Notes: generated from the letters alone by a model not told the origin. A stretch of DNA of 64,000 nucleotides from Heptranchias perlo (GCF_035084215.1 NC_090325.1:51646001-51710000), one strand, 5' to 3'; shown: positions 38,215 through 51,719, counted from the stretch's first letter. Numbers and translations are program-made.

Positions 38215-41200
38215 AAGGGTCCTGTAATGGGGAGGTAGTTGAGATACAAGATGGGCTAAAAATTGATAATAGGAGGTACTAGAAAGGCTGGCTATGCTTA
38301 AAGTAGATAAGTCACCTGGTCCGGAAGGGATGCATCCTAGGTTGCTGAGGGAAATAAGGGTGCGGGCCATAATCCAACCCTCCTTAGATGTGGGGGAGGT
38401 GCCAGAGGACTGGAGAATTGCAAATGTTTCACCCTTGTTCAAAAAAGGGTGAAAGGATAAATCCGGCAACTACAGGCCAGTCAGTTTAACCTTGGTGGTG
38501 GGGAAGCTTTTAGAAACAATTTTTCTCCCGGATTATCAATAGTCACCTGAACAAGTGTGGATTAATAAAAGAAAGCCAGCATGGATTTGTTAAAGGCAAA
38601 TTGTGTTTAACTAGATAGTTTTTTGAGGGCAATGCGGTTGATGTGTATATGGACTTTCAAAAGGCGTTTAATAAAGTGCCACATGGTAGGCTTGTCAGCA
38701 AAATTGAAGCCCATGGAATAAAAGACAGTGGCAGCATAGATACGAAATTGGCTAAGTGACAGGAAACAGAGAGTAGAGGTGAACGGTTGCTTTTCAGAAT
38801 GGAGGAAGGTATACAGTGGTGTTCCTCAGGGGTCGGTACTAGGACCACTACTTTTTTTGATATATATTAATGATTTGGACTTGGGTGCACAGGGCACAAT
38901 TTCAAAATTGCAGATGGCAATAAACTTGGAAGTATAGTGAACAGTGAGGAGGATATTAGTCATAGAATCATAGAAAGGTTACAGCACGGAAGGAGGCCAT
39001 CGAGTCCGTGCTGGCTCTATGCAAGAGCAATTCAGCTGGTTCCACTCCCCCGCCCTATCCCCGTAGCCCTGCAAATATTTTCCTTTCAAGTACTTATCCA
39101 GTTCCCTTTTGAAGGCCATTATTGAATCTGTCTCCACCACCCGCTCAGGCAGCGCATTCCAGATCCTAACCACTTGCTGTGTTTAAAAAAAAAATGTTTT
39201 TCCTCATGTCACCTTTGGTTCTTTTGCCAATCACCTCAAATCTATGTCCTCTGGTTCTTGACCCTTCTGCCAATGGGAACAGCTTCTCTCTACTCTGTCT
39301 AGACCCTTCATGATTTTGAATACCTCTATCAAATCTCCTCTCAACCTTCTCTGTTCCAAGGAGAACCACCCCAGCTTCTCCAGTCTATCCACGTAACTGA
39401 AGTCCCTCATCCCTGGAATCATTCTAGTAAATCTCTTCTGCACCCTCTCTAAGGCCTTTACATCTTTCCTGAAGTGCGGTGCCCAGAACTGAACACAATT
39501 CCAGTTGTGGCCGAATCAGTGTTTTATAAAGGTTCATCGTGACTTCCTTACTTTTGTACTCTATATGCCTCTATTTATAAAGCCCAGGATCCCATTTGCT
39601 TTTTTAACTGCTTTCTCAACCTACCCTGCCAGATCTCTGTTCCTATACCCCTTTTAGAATTGAGCCCTCTAGTGTATATTGCCTCTCCTCTTTCTTCCTA
39701 CTGAAACGTATCACTTTACATTTTTCTGCGTTAAATTTCATTTGCCACGTGTCCGCCCATGCCACCAGCCTGTCTATGTCCTCTTGAAGTCTATCACTAT
39801 CCTTCCCACTGTTCACTACCCTTCCAAGTTTTGTGTCATCTGCAAATTTGAAATTGTGCCCTGTACACCCAAGTCCAAGTCATTAATATATATCAAGAAA
39901 AGCAGTGGTCCCAGCATCGACCCCTGGGGAACACCATTGTACGCCTCCCTCCAGTCCGAAGAACAACCATTCACCGCTACTCTGTTTCCTGTCACTTAGC
40001 CAATTCTGTATCCGTGTTGCTACTGCCCCCTTTATTCCATGGGCCGCAATCTTGATGATAAGCCTACCATGCAATACTTTATCAAACGCCTTTTTGAAAG
40101 TCCATATATGCCACAGCAACTGCTTTGCCCTCATCTACCCTCTCTGTTACCTCATCAAAAAACTCTATCATGTTAGTTAAACACGAAATAAAAACAGAAA
40201 ATGCTGGAGAAGCTCAGCAAGTCAGGCAGCATCTGTGGAGAAAGAAAGCGTTTCAGGTCGAAGACTTTTTGTCAGAACGTGAATTGCCTTTAACAAATCC
40301 GTGCTGGCTTTCCCTAATCAATCCACATTCGTCCAAGTGACTGTTAATTCTGTCCCGGATTATCATTGCTAAAAGTTTCCCCACCACTGAGGTTAAACTG
40401 ACTGGCCTATAGTTGCTGGGTTTATTCTTGCACCCTTTTTTGAACAAGGGTGTAACATTTGCAATTCTCCAGTCCCCTGGCACCACCCTCGTATCTAAGA
40501 ATGTTGGGAAGATCATGGCCAGGACCTCTGCAATTTCCACCCTTACTTCCCTCAGCAATCTAGGATGCATCCCATCCGGACCTGGTGACTTATCTACTTT
40601 AAGTACAGCTAGCCTTTCTAGTATCTCTATCAATTTTTAGCCCACCCAGTATCTCGGCTAATCTTCCTTTACTGAGTCTCTGGCAGCATCATCTTTCTTG
40701 GTAAAGACAGATACAAAGTACTCATTTAGTACCTTGGCCATGGCCTCTGCTTCCTTGAGTAGATCTCCTTTATGGTCCCTTATTGGCCCCACCCCTCCTC
40801 TTACTACCAGTTTACCATTTAGATGCCTGTAGAAGAATTTTGGATTCCCTTTTATGTTTGCCGCCAGTCTATTCTCATACTCTCTCTTTGTCCCTCTTAT
40901 TTCCTTTTTCAGTTCCCCTCTGAACTTTCCATATTCTGCCTGGTTCTCACTTGTGTTATCAACCTGACATCTGCCATACGCTCCTTTTTTCCGCTTTATC
41001 TTACTCTCGATCTCTTTTGTCATCCAGGAAGCTCTGGCTTTAGTTGCCCTACCTTTCTCCCTTGTGGGAATGTACCTAGACTGTACCAAAACCACCTCTT
41101 AATAGACTTCAAGAGGACATGGACAGTCTGGTGGAATGGACGGAGACATGGCAGATGAAATTTAATGCAGAGAAGTGCGAATTGATACATTTTGGCAGGA

Positions 41201-41972
41201 AGAACGAGGAAAGGCAATATAAACTAAATGGTCAATTCTAAAGGGCATGCAGGAACATTGAGACCCGGGAATATATGTGCACAAATCTTTGAAGCTGGCA
41301 GGACAGGTTGAGAAAGCGGTTATAAAAGCATACGGGATCCTGGGCTTTATAAATAGAGGCATAGAGTACAAAAGCAAAGCAGTTATGTTGAACCTTTATA
41401 AAAACGCTGGTTCGGCCACAGCTGGAATATCGTGTCCAATTCTGGGTACCACACTTTTTAGGAAAGATGTGAAGGCCTTAGACGGTGCAGAAAAGGTTTA
41501 CCAGAATGATTCCAGGGATGAGGGACTTCAGTTATGTGGATAGACTGGAGAAGCTGGGATTGTTCTCCTTAGAGCAGAGACGGTTAAGAGGAGATTTGAT
41601 AGAGGTGTTCAAAATCATGACTGGTTTAGATAAAGTAAATAGAGAAGTTGTTCCCATTGGCAGAAGGGTCGAGAACCAGAGGACACAGATTTAAGGTGAT
41701 TGGCAAAAGAACCGAAGGCAACATGTGGAAAAACTTTTCTATGCAGCGAGTAGTTATGATCTGGAATGCGCTGCCTGAAAGGGTGGTGGAAGAAGATTCA
41801 ATCGTGGCTTTCAAAAAGGAATTGGATAAATATTTGAAGAGAGAAAATTTGTAGGGCTACGGGAAAAGGGCGGGAGAATGGGACCAACTGGATTGCTCTT
41901 ACAAAGAGCTGGCACAGGCTCGATGGCCCAAAAGAGCGGCCTCCTGTGCTGTAACAATTCTATAATTCTATG
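38215..41972. mobile_element. Nested CR1s: + copy (38215-38958 and 41100-41972) interrupted by a - copy (38960-41100)
   Basis: The outer reading GTGAACAGTGAGGAGGATA…ATAGACTTCAAGAGGAC is contiguous across the insert; RT motifs are present on both strands. Confidence 0.9.
40185..40282 (-). mobile_element. Short Penelope-like terminus (degenerate hammerhead) inserted in a CR1
   Basis: Reverse complement reads GTTCTGACAAAAAGTCTTCGACCTGAAACG…GATGCTGCCTGACTTGCTGAG…CATTTTCTGTTTTTATT; it interrupts the CR1 sequence AAACACGA|TTGCCTTTAAC. Confidence 0.7.
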
Positions 41973-42379
41973 CATCAGGAGCACTGGTTTTAAACACCGT
42001 GTAAAAGACATTTAACTTGGCAGTATTCTTAGTCACTCAATGAAGATTTAAAAATCTGAATGTCATTGCTTAATTTCACCCCCCCCCACCCCTGCTTCCT
42101 CTCCCCCGAGGGAGGAGGTGGCCGATGAATGCAGGCCTTTCCTAAAAAGAGAATTTGGGAAGTTGGAGGAGGGGTTGCAATAGATGTTCTTGGCTTACTG
42201 GCTTAATGTGTTACTGACCTATTAGTGGGAAGTGCCAAGTTATATTAGCGCAGTGTGAACTTGCAAGTAATTTGCTACCCAGTCTGATTGCTGCAATCTA
42301 TTGGGTTGGAATTGAAACTGAAAATTGGAATACCTGATGGGAACAGATATACATCGGTTACTCTTGCATTCACTGCAGT

Positions 42380-43625
42380 GGCTAACTATAGAGCAACATT
42401 GGTAGAGGGTTGGGAACAGTTTGCTCAGCTGCCTCTTGTCAAAAAGATTTGCAACCAGAGTGTTTTGATGAAAAAACGGAGAGAGTTGATGATTATATGG
42501 ACTTTCAGCAAGCGTTTGATAAAGTACCGCAAAGTATGTTTATAGCAAAATTGAAGCTCATGGGATTAAAGGGGCAGTGGCAGCGTGGATTCAAAATTGG
42601 TTGAGAGCCAGAAAGCAGAGAGTAGTGGTGAACGGTTGTATTTCGGACTGGAGGGGTTGGTACTAGGACCATTGCATTTTTTAATATATATTAATGACCT
42701 GAACTTGGTGTAGGGGGCATAATTTCAAAGTTTGTGGATGACATAAAGCTTGGAAATGTAGTAAACAGTAAGGAGGATAGAAAACAGACTTTAGGAAGAC
42801 ATAGACAGACTGGTGAAATGGGAAGACACATGGCAGATGAAACTTAATGCAGAGAAGTATGAAGTGATGCATTTTGGAAGAAAAAATGCAGAGAGGCAGT
42901 ATAAACTAAATAATAACATTTTAACAAAGATGCAGGAACAGAGAGACCTGGGGGAGCACATACATAAATCTTTGAAGATGGCAGGACAAGTTGATAAAGC
43001 TGTTTTTAAAAAAAAATACGGGATCCATGGCTTTCTAAACAGAGGCAGAGAGTACAAAAGCAAGGAAGTTATGGTAAATCTTTATAAATCGCTGGAGTGT
43101 TGTGTCCAATTCTGGGCACTGCACTTTAGAAAGGATGTTAAGGCCTTGGAGAGGGTACAGAGGACATTTACCAGAATGGTACCAAGGATGAGGCAATTCA
43201 GCTTTGTGGAGCTGGGATTGTTCTCCTTGGAGCAAAGAAGATTAAGGGGAGATTTAATAGAGGTGCTCAAAATTATGAGAGGTTTTGATAGAGTAGATCG
43301 GGAGAAACTATTTCCACTGGCAGGAGGGTCGGTAGCCAGAGGACACAGATTTAAGATAATTGGCAAAAAAGCCAAGGGGGAGATGAGAATTTTTTTTTTT
43401 AACTCAGTGAGTTGTAATGATCTGGAACGCATTGCCTGAAAGGGTAGTGGAAGCAGATTCAATAGTAACTTTCAAAAGGGAATTGGATATATACTTAAAA
43501 AGAAAAATTTGTAGGACTATGAGGAAAGAGCAAGGGGGTGGTGGGACTAATTGGTAGCTCTTGAGAGCTGGCACAAGCACGATGGGCCAAATGGCCTCCT
43601 GCACTGTATCATTCTATGATTCTAA
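42380..43625 (+). mobile_element. CR1 LINE (family A) 3' part
   Basis: ORF 42813..43439; ATTCTATGATTCTA tail. Confidence 0.9.
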
Positions 43626-43807
43626 GAGTAAAGAGACAGAAAGATGGGACCTAGAGAACGGGGAGTAAATTTTTTTGTGATACTCCCCCCCCCCCCCCCC
43701 CCCCCCCCCAAACCCCCCCCTTCAATTTAGTCCCCTCCTTAGCTGATGCAGTAATTTGTGATGTGGTACGGCTCTACAGTCAACTTTCTCCTACTTATTT
43801 CCATTGT

Positions 43808-43941
43808 ATGTAAGGAGTCTTACAACACCAGGTTATAGTCCAACAGCTTTATTTGGAATATAACCTGTTGGACTATAACCTGGTGTTGTAAGACTCCTTA
43901 CATTTGTCCACCCCAGTCCATCACTGGCATCTCCACACCAT
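43808..43941. repeat. Perfect 39-bp inverted repeat plus tail (miniature Penelope-like fold-back)
   Basis: 43808-43846 is the exact reverse complement of 43865-43903; the tail TTGTCCACCCCAGTCCATCAC… is shared with 56054-56091. Confidence 0.9.
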
Positions 43942-44264
43942 TATATGTAATTAGCAGCTATTGTCTTTCTGATCCAACCTGCAGTATAATGTGTGCAGTT
44001 CTAAATCTAAATATACTGGGGCTGCATGTAATTAAATATTCCTTTTAGTGTTTTGTGTACATTAGCTTGGCTATGCTTATTCATGAGCAATGGAACATTG
44101 CTCCACAGATATTGTAAAAGGTGTGCAAGAAGTTAATGTTAAATAATCCCTTATGTAATTAGTGTTAATTGACTGGAAAAGATGGGCTGCTTAAATCCCA
44201 TAAGGTGAAATATTGCCTCTTCAGAAGAGACAAATGTTTATGTTTCCTTGTTTGTTTACTTCAG

Positions 44265-44536
44265 TTAAGGTGACTCCAGTGACACCGTACACTGTTCACA
44301 TGGCCCCTGCAACCGAGTTATGGACCACAGAGAAGAATGGTGCAGTTAAGATCCGAATGGAGGATTCGGGTTATGGTGCTGAATTACCCCTAACTGTTAA
44401 CCAAGTGCTCCAACAGGCGGTAGAAAGTTATGGTAAACATGTTGCTTTAGCTTTCAAGCAGAGAGATCGATGGGAAAAAATGAACTATGAACAATATTAC
44501 AATGCATGCAGGAGAGCGGCAAAAAGCTTTTTGAAG
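44265..44536 (+). CDS. ACSBG2: ACSBG2-like coding exon 3 (…APATELWTTEKNGAVKIRM…CRRAAKSFLK)
   Basis: Bubblegum-family N-terminal sequence; acceptor TTCAG|; ends at a non-canonical AAG|GCAAGT donor (phase 0). Confidence 0.92.
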
Positions 44537-44969
44537 GCAAGTACCTCCTGTCCATCTTAACATGACATTCTAAGCTTAAAACAACTTTATAGAAGAAAAA
44601 TGTCAAATGTAAGGAATTACGATTTTTCATTCCCAGTAAGATGAATTATTGATTAAATATGAATTCAGCAATGTTCTTGAGGGGATTAATGAATGTTCGC
44701 TGCCAGGTTAAATAATATATTTGCATATTTGACCGATTGCTTAAACGTACCTGTACAATAACTTATTATAGTAACGTAATATATTTTTACTTGTAATTTT
44801 AAAAACAGAAAAAGAAAAACTTGCTTTGATATAGTGCCTTTCATGACCTCGGGACATTCTAAAGCACTTAACAACCAATGAAGTACCTTTTGAAGTGTAG
44901 CCACTGTTGTAATGTAGGAAATTTTGAAGAGAGGTAGGTAGTAAAATGTCTGTTTTTATGTGTTTACAG

Positions 44970-45058
44970 CTTGGACTCCAACGTTTCCATGGGGTTGGTA
45001 TCCTGGGATTCAACTCTCCGGAGTGGTTCATTGCAGATATAGGAGCAATTCTGGCAGG
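44970..45058 (+). CDS. ACSBG2: ACSBG2-like coding exon 4 (LGLQRFHGVGILGFNSPEWFIADIGAILAG)
   Basis: Hallmark ACSBG motif; TTACAG| acceptor and GG|GTATGC donor; 89 nt. Confidence 0.96.
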
Positions 45059-46324
45059 GTATGCCAATAAAAAGTGTAACGTAGTGAACTTTTGTAACCT
45101 AATGGAGACTCTACTGTATGTTATACTTGTCAAGATTGCTTATAGACTTCAGTGTGTTTTTGTATTTTTATAAAAGATTAATTGATAAAGAGACAAGAAT
45201 TGGTTATCGTTCTACTATAGGGGTTTTATCTTTTGTTGTTCAGAATTGCATTCCTTAATAATGCATTGACATTGCATGAATATATCAGTAAAAAATTTGG
45301 AGGTATTGCCTACAAGTCAAAGGACAGCTACTTGTTCATATTGAGGAAATGGTTCCAAATATGATGCAGTTGCTTATATTCTGAATTCACACCATTTACA
45401 CTGAGGGTGCATAGGCATTCTGACCACATTTGAGCAAATGTGCTAGTGTAGTTGCTGTAATGTTGCACAAGATATTTTAATGCTAAATGGTCACTGTTAA
45501 TGCAATTTTACTTTAGCCACCACCAACTTTTTGCCAGAAGAGGGCAAAACCACCTCATGGGGTGTTTTTCATTGTTTTTGAAGTAGTAAATATGGTAATA
45601 GTGAAGCTGTGTGGAGAACATAGCCAGGTAGATTGCTGGGGAATGTCCAGCCATCTTTCTGTTAGCAATAAGCAAGGAAGTATTGCACTTTGACCCTCTA
45701 GTCTGTTAGAGTACTCATTACAACTATGTATGGAATAAGTGAGTTTCTTTGTATATGTCTTCAGTCATTGTGAAGACTGATTTCTTCAGGACAATTGTGT
45801 TGAAACTAGCTTTGCTGCAGGAGATGATTAAACGTTTTGAAGGACCTAATTTTTCTTTTTGTCTACTCACATCGCTGTTGTTGAGGACATTGATTCCATC
45901 GTGGGGTTTAGTTCCACAACTACTTGAGACTCTCCTGCACCTCACCCTACCGTTCATCCTTCATGCAGAGCCTAGGCAATCAGAGTTGACAGTCTTTTCG
46001 ACTGCGGGAGAACATCACTGCCAAGTCTAACACTGTCCTCATCAGATGCCCATGCAGAGGTCACTGGCTACTGATTTGGAACAGGAACCCTGGCTAATTT
46101 TGCTCTCTAACCCAAGGGCACTGATGGCAATTGCAGCCTCCAAGGCACTGTCCCAACTGAGCTCTGCTAACTTGGCACAGAGCAGGGATCAAACTTGGGA
46201 TCCTCCTTGTCTGTACAACTCAGCTACTCACTATCTTAACACGTTGAACAGTTAGGAAGTTCTGAATTAAACCAAATTTTAATACAGAAGATGGGAATAG
46301 ATTTGAAATTCATTTAAAATACTT

Positions 46325-47182
46325 GAGGTTAAGCGAGTGGGCAAGAAAGTGGCAGATTGAGTATAATATGGGGAAATGTGAGGTTATTCACTTTGGTAGG
46401 AAGAATCGAAAAACAGAATTTTATCAAATGGTGACAAACTATTAAATGTTGGTGTTCAGAGGAATTTGGTTGCCTTTGTACAAGAAACACAAAAAGTTAG
46501 CATGCAGGTACAGCAAGCAATTAGGAAAGCAAATGGCATGATGGCCTTTATTGCAAGGGGGTTGGTGTACAAGAGTAAGGAAGTCTTATTACAATTGTAC
46601 AGGGCTTTAGTGAGACCTCACCTGGAATACTGCATACAGTTTTGGTCTCCTTATCTAAGGAAGGATACACTCGCCTTAGAGGCGGTGCAACAAAGGTTCA
46701 CTAGGTTAATTCCTGGAATGTGAGGGTTGTCTTATTAGGAGAGGTTGAGTAAATGGGCCTGTGCTCTCGAGTTTAGAAGAATGAGAGGTGATCTCATTGA
46801 AACATATAAGATTCTGAGAGGGCTTGACAGAGTAGATGCTGAGAGGTTGTTTCCCCTGGCTAGAGAGTCTAGAACCAGAGGGCATGGTCACAGGATAAGG
46901 GGTTGGCCATTTAAGACTGAGATGAGGAGGAATTTCTTCACTCTGGGGTAGAGAATTCCAAAGATTCACAACCCTCTGAGGGCTGTGGATGCTGAGTCAT
47001 TGAATATATTCAAGGCTGAGATCGATAGATTTTTGGACTCTAGGGGAATCAAGGGAAATGGGGATCGAGCAGGAAAGTGGAGTTGAGGTCAAAGATCAGC
47101 CATGATCTTATTGAATGACGGAGCAGGCTTGAGGGGCCGTATGGCCTACTCCTGCTCCTATTTCTTATTTTCTTATGTTCTA
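46325..47182 (+). mobile_element. CR1 LINE (family B) 3' part
   Basis: ORFs 46466 and 46745; GGCCTACTCCTGCTCCTATTTCTTAT tail. Confidence 0.9.
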
Positions 47183-47316
47183 GTCCAACTGCTGATCGTC
47201 TTGTCCTGTTTTATAGAGTTGCTGTGAAATTGGATTTTCTGTGTCAATAGTAATGCAAATTCAGTCATGGCTGAAAATTTGTGCATGTAATAATAGCAGT
47301 TTTCTCTCAACTGCAG

Positions 47317-47437
47317 TGGCTTGGCTGTTGGGATTTACACAACAAATTCTCCAGAAGCATGCAAGTACGTGGCACACAACTGTGAGGCTAATGTGCTGGT
47401 GGTGGAGAACCATAAACAACTGCAGAAAATTCTGGAG
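47317..47437 (+). CDS. ACSBG2: ACSBG2-like coding exon 5 (GLAVGIYTTNSPEACKYVAHNCEANVLVVENHKQLQKILE)
   Basis: Translated by hand because it is absent from the ORF track in this frame; CTGCAG| acceptor and GAG|GTGCTA donor; 121 nt, phase 2 to 0. Confidence 0.95.
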
Positions 47438-47539
47438 GTGCTACTTGTTTTAATTGTAGTTTACATTCTGTTTTAATAATTGTATATGACTTTTACAAGG
47501 AAAAAGAACTGTATAACTTAATATGTAGAGGAAGGTGGA

Positions 47540-48830
47540 CCATAGAATCCTTGAATGTTACAGCACAAACAGGCACTCAGCGCATCAAGTCTGTGCTGGT
47601 GCTTTTCTCCACAGAACTATCTGGTTTAATGCTTGCTCCCTATTTTTCTCAAATAACTGTCTAATTTCCTTTTAAAATAATTTATGGACTTTGCTTCAAC
47701 AACTGTTTGTAGCAAAGAATTTGCATTCTTGCTGACCAGATTAGTGGCAATAATCTGATCACTGTTTACCTTCTTGTAAGCCTTCATAATCTTGAAGACC
47801 TTCACCAATCCACCCCAGCTTTAATGTAAAAAGCTCTAAGTTTTTTCAAGTTTCTCCTCATAATTAACTCCTTATGACCAGTAATGTCCTAGTGAATCTA
47901 AGCTGCACCATTTATATTGCTTTTATATTCTTCCTTGAATAGTGTTGCCAAATGTTCATAATACTCCAACTGTGGCCAAACTAAAGTCTTGTTCAATATT
48001 ATCTCCTTTTGTATTCTGTGGCACTTGATACAAAATCACGATTCAATTTACCTTTTTTTAATGACTGTAGCTACTTGCACTGCCCCTTTTTAATGATCTG
48101 TGTATCTGCATCAAGGTGTCTCTACTCCATTTAAAGTCTTGACCATTTAAAGTTTTAAAAAAAATTAATTCTTGGGATGTGGACGTTGCTGGCAAGGCCA
48201 GCATTTGTTGCCCATTCCTCATTGCCCTTGCAAATGTGGTGGTGGACTGCCGCCTTGAACTGCTGCAGTCCTTGCAGTGAAGGTGATCCCACAATGCTGT
48301 TGGGTATTAGGATGAAATTACTGAACAATAGGGAGACACAGGAGACACAACTGAAGTAAGACTAATAGTCTATAATTTCCTGGCTTATTCCTATCTTGTT
48401 TTTTGAAGGAGGAGAAGTCACATTTACCACCCTCTAGCCCTCTGGCACAATTTTTCTTTTCACAAAATATTGTAAAATTATAGTTAGTCTATGCTATTTC
48501 TTCCCTAGGTTCCTGCAGGGTCTTCGGGTGTAAACTATCCAATCCCAGTGATTTTGTCTACCTTAAGTTTGGGTAACTTCTTTAGTACCATTTCTCTTTG
48601 AATAATATCTCCATGAACTATTTTGCTCGAGCTTCTAGTGGTTCTACAATTATAATATGCATTTCCTCTGTGAAAATTGTGACAAGATACTTATTTAGTA
48701 TTGCTGCCATTCCCCTCCTCCATTACAAATGTGCCTCCTTCATCCTTGTGGTCCTACTCCTTACTAGCACTAACCTCTTACCACTTATGTGCCAATACAA
48801 AGCCCTTTACTTCCACGTTTTTTTTTGTTG
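47540..48830 (-). mobile_element. Decayed CR1 with a nested family D 3' fragment (48165-48305)
   Basis: Degenerate CR1 peptides (ORF 47626); GGGATGTGGACGTTGCTGGC…GCCCTTG marks the family D end. Confidence 0.65.
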
Positions 48831-49427
48831 CTAATTTTCTCTCATTCCTTCTTAGTCTTTCTAATCTCGCTTTTTGTTACTTTCAGATTTTTATATTTTT
48901 CTTGCCGTTTATATTTATCTGCCCTGTGAGCGTGAAATGTTTTCCCCCCAAGCCTTCAAAACACTATTGGGGGCGGAGGGGGGTGGATTTTTCAACATTG
49001 CTGCCTAAGTAGTAACTTCATGGAGCAGATGGGAACGCATCACCACCGTTTGTATAACTGCCTGATTTTCGTTCCATTGATTTGCCCCCTACTTTTTTTT
49101 TCCCTTACTGGAATGTATCTATTACACATTGATAATCTATGGTTCTGTTTAGTTTTCCTTCTATTTAATCTGGGCAAGATCCCTTTTAAATCTGTTTTGC
49201 AACCACCCTTGTCCTTGCTTATGCTAGTAAATCAATTTGAGAATTAGGTGTACAAACATAATATTCATGGTGATTTCAATAAATTGATCTATGGGAAGTC
49301 CATGAAAGAATGGACGTACACTTTGGTTGTAGTGTTTTTGATGGGCTGAATGAATTTTGCTTGCTTCATATTTTGTTATTTTAAATCTTGTAATGAATAT
49401 TTAAAACTATTTTTGACTTTTTTTTAG

Positions 49428-49508
49428 ATTCGAAGTCAGTTGCCTCAGCTCAAAGCAATTGTCCAGTACAAGGATGAGTTGGAAGAACAGCATCCAGATC
49501 TTTATTCT
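49428..49508 (+). CDS. ACSBG2: ACSBG2-like coding exon 6 (IRSQLPQLKAIVQYKDELEEQHPDLYS)
   Basis: T-rich TAG| acceptor and |GTAAGA donor; 81 nt; LPxLKAIVQY motif. Confidence 0.95.
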
Positions 49509-49702
49509 GTAAGAGTTCTTCAATTATTGATTCCTGAAGCTTATTTATTATGTCAGTTGTACATGTTTGAGCAGTTAAATGCACAGAAATTGGTTGAGTT
49601 AACCTTTTTTAAAGATTCTTTAAAAGTTAAATATTTCAAAGATATTATTTGGCTGTTTTAGAGAACAGGTGTAATAATTTCTATTTTAAACTTTACTTAA
49701 AG

Positions 49703-49852
49703 TGGACGCAATTCATGGAACTTGGGAATAGTATCACAGATGCAGAGTTGGATGAAATCATAGACTCTCAGAAGGTCAATCATTGTTGTATGCTAATCTA
49801 CACGTCTGGAACCACAGGATCCCCTAAAGGAGTGATGCTTAGCCATGATAAT
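49703..49852 (+). CDS. ACSBG2: ACSBG2-like coding exon 7 with AMP-binding P-loop (IYTSGTTGSPKGVMLSHDN)
   Basis: Adenylate-forming enzyme signature; AAG| acceptor and |GTAAGC donor; 150 nt. Confidence 0.97.
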
Positions 49853-50714
49853 GTAAGCTTTGGTCAACCTTATTTTATACTTGGAAATTGCTGAGACAAT
49901 AATTGTAAGGATCACAAATACCTTTTTGTTAATGAACTAGTGACTTTTGGCACATTAAAGAAATTTGACATTTAATGTATTGAACCTCCAGAAAGTGGCA
50001 ATGCGCTTTTTCACTAAGTTTTCTTTTACAGTTTTATATTACCTGTGCTTACATAAAATAACTTGAAGTTACTCTATTCAGAATTTTTTTTAAGGACCTA
50101 TTAAAATACTGGTACTCTAAGGAATAGTATTGCTGAAAGCAAATGGAGATTTGAATGCATAATCTATAATTCACTACTGATCATTTTTTTACATATCATA
50201 CAAATAATAAGCTGAGTTTCTAGAAGTGGTACTCCTCACCTGATACAATATACAACATCACAGAATGAAATGGGCAATAGTCAAAGCCAGATTAAATTAC
50301 AATAACAAAATTTTGATAACCGCTTCTAAATGTGAAGAGGGTACTATTTAGGATCATAGAGTTTTACAGCAAAGAAGGAGGCTATCCAGCTTGTCAAGCC
50401 TGTGCCAGCTATCTGAAAGATCTATCTGCGTAGTCCTATTCCCCTGCCCTTTTCTCGTAGCCTCTTAACTCTTTTTCAAATATTTATCTACTTTCTTTTT
50501 AAAAGCCAATTTTTAAAACGTTGTCTACATTCACCATGTTGATTTTATTTTAAATGAGTTGACACTTCTCCTTAATGTTTTTTGCAACATGCTCTTGGAC
50601 ATTTTGTTCCATAATAAGCAGTTAGTCTATGGGTACAATTGAAACTTAATGGAGTGTAAGTGCTTGATTTTTTTTATGCCACTTTTCAGTTGCACATTGC
50701 ACCAGGTTATAAAT

Positions 50715-51255
50715 AGTAACAGGCCATTGTGCCCAATTAGTCAATGCCGCCGTTTATGCTCTACACGAGCCTCCTCCCACCCCTCTTTTATCTAACCCTG
50801 TCAGCATACCCTTCTATTCCTTTCTCCTTCGTGTGTTTATCTAGTTTCCCCTTAAATGCATCTGTGCTATTCGCCTCAACTACTCCATGTGGTTGCGTGT
50901 TCCACAATCTTTCCACTCTTTGGGTGAAGAAGTTTCTCCTGAATTCCCTATTGGATTTATTAGTGACTATCTTATATTTATGGCCCCTAATTTTGGTCTC
51001 CCCCCACAAGTGGAAACATCTTCTCTACCTCTACCCTATTAAACTATTGCATTATCTTAAAGATCTCTATCAGGTCACCCCTCACCCTCTTTTTCTAGAG
51101 AAAAGAGCCCCAGCCTGTCGAGCCTTTCCTGGTAAGTGTATCCTCTCAGTTCTGGTATCATCCTTGTGAATCTTTTTTGCACCTTCCCCAATGCCTCTAT
51201 ATCCTTTTTATAATATGGAGACTGGAACTATGCACAGTACTCCAAGTGTGGGCTA
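50715..51255 (-). mobile_element. CR1 3' fragment
   Basis: RGHKYKI…RRNFFTQRV.RLWN peptide (ORF 50788..51009). Confidence 0.85.
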
Positions 51256-51719
51256 TGTTATTCAACTGAGCACCTCTTATGTAAAGCAGAACTATGTAGG
51301 AAGCTCATAAGGACCCATTCAAATAATAAAGCACTCAATCACAAACATGTGCAGTGGCATTTTTGTTATTTATGGGCTCCACAACTTCCTGTTATTCCAG
51401 TCTTTTTTTAGAAATGTGTTTAGCTGATCACACCCATAGTTCACTCTTATTCCCAAAACCTGGAGTGTGCTTTTACCTGTGTAATTAGATAGTTTTGCAT
51501 CAGGTCCAAGACTCTGAGAATCCTGTTTACTGTATTTTGACTAATTGGCTATATGATGTATACTTGTATGATCTTTCTTGGTTTCAGAAAGCAGTAGAAT
51601 AAACATTTAACAGACAGTGATTTAGGCAATAAATTGATAAACCCATTTATAAAAACAGTAAGTGGATGCGAACAGAAGCAATGACTAGCAGCAGAATTAT
51701 AGTAGATACAAGCTTAACA

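Noticed and set aside
44541-44546. GTACCT as canonical donor for exon 3
   Set aside because: It gives phase 1, which is incompatible with the phase 0 acceptor at 44970.
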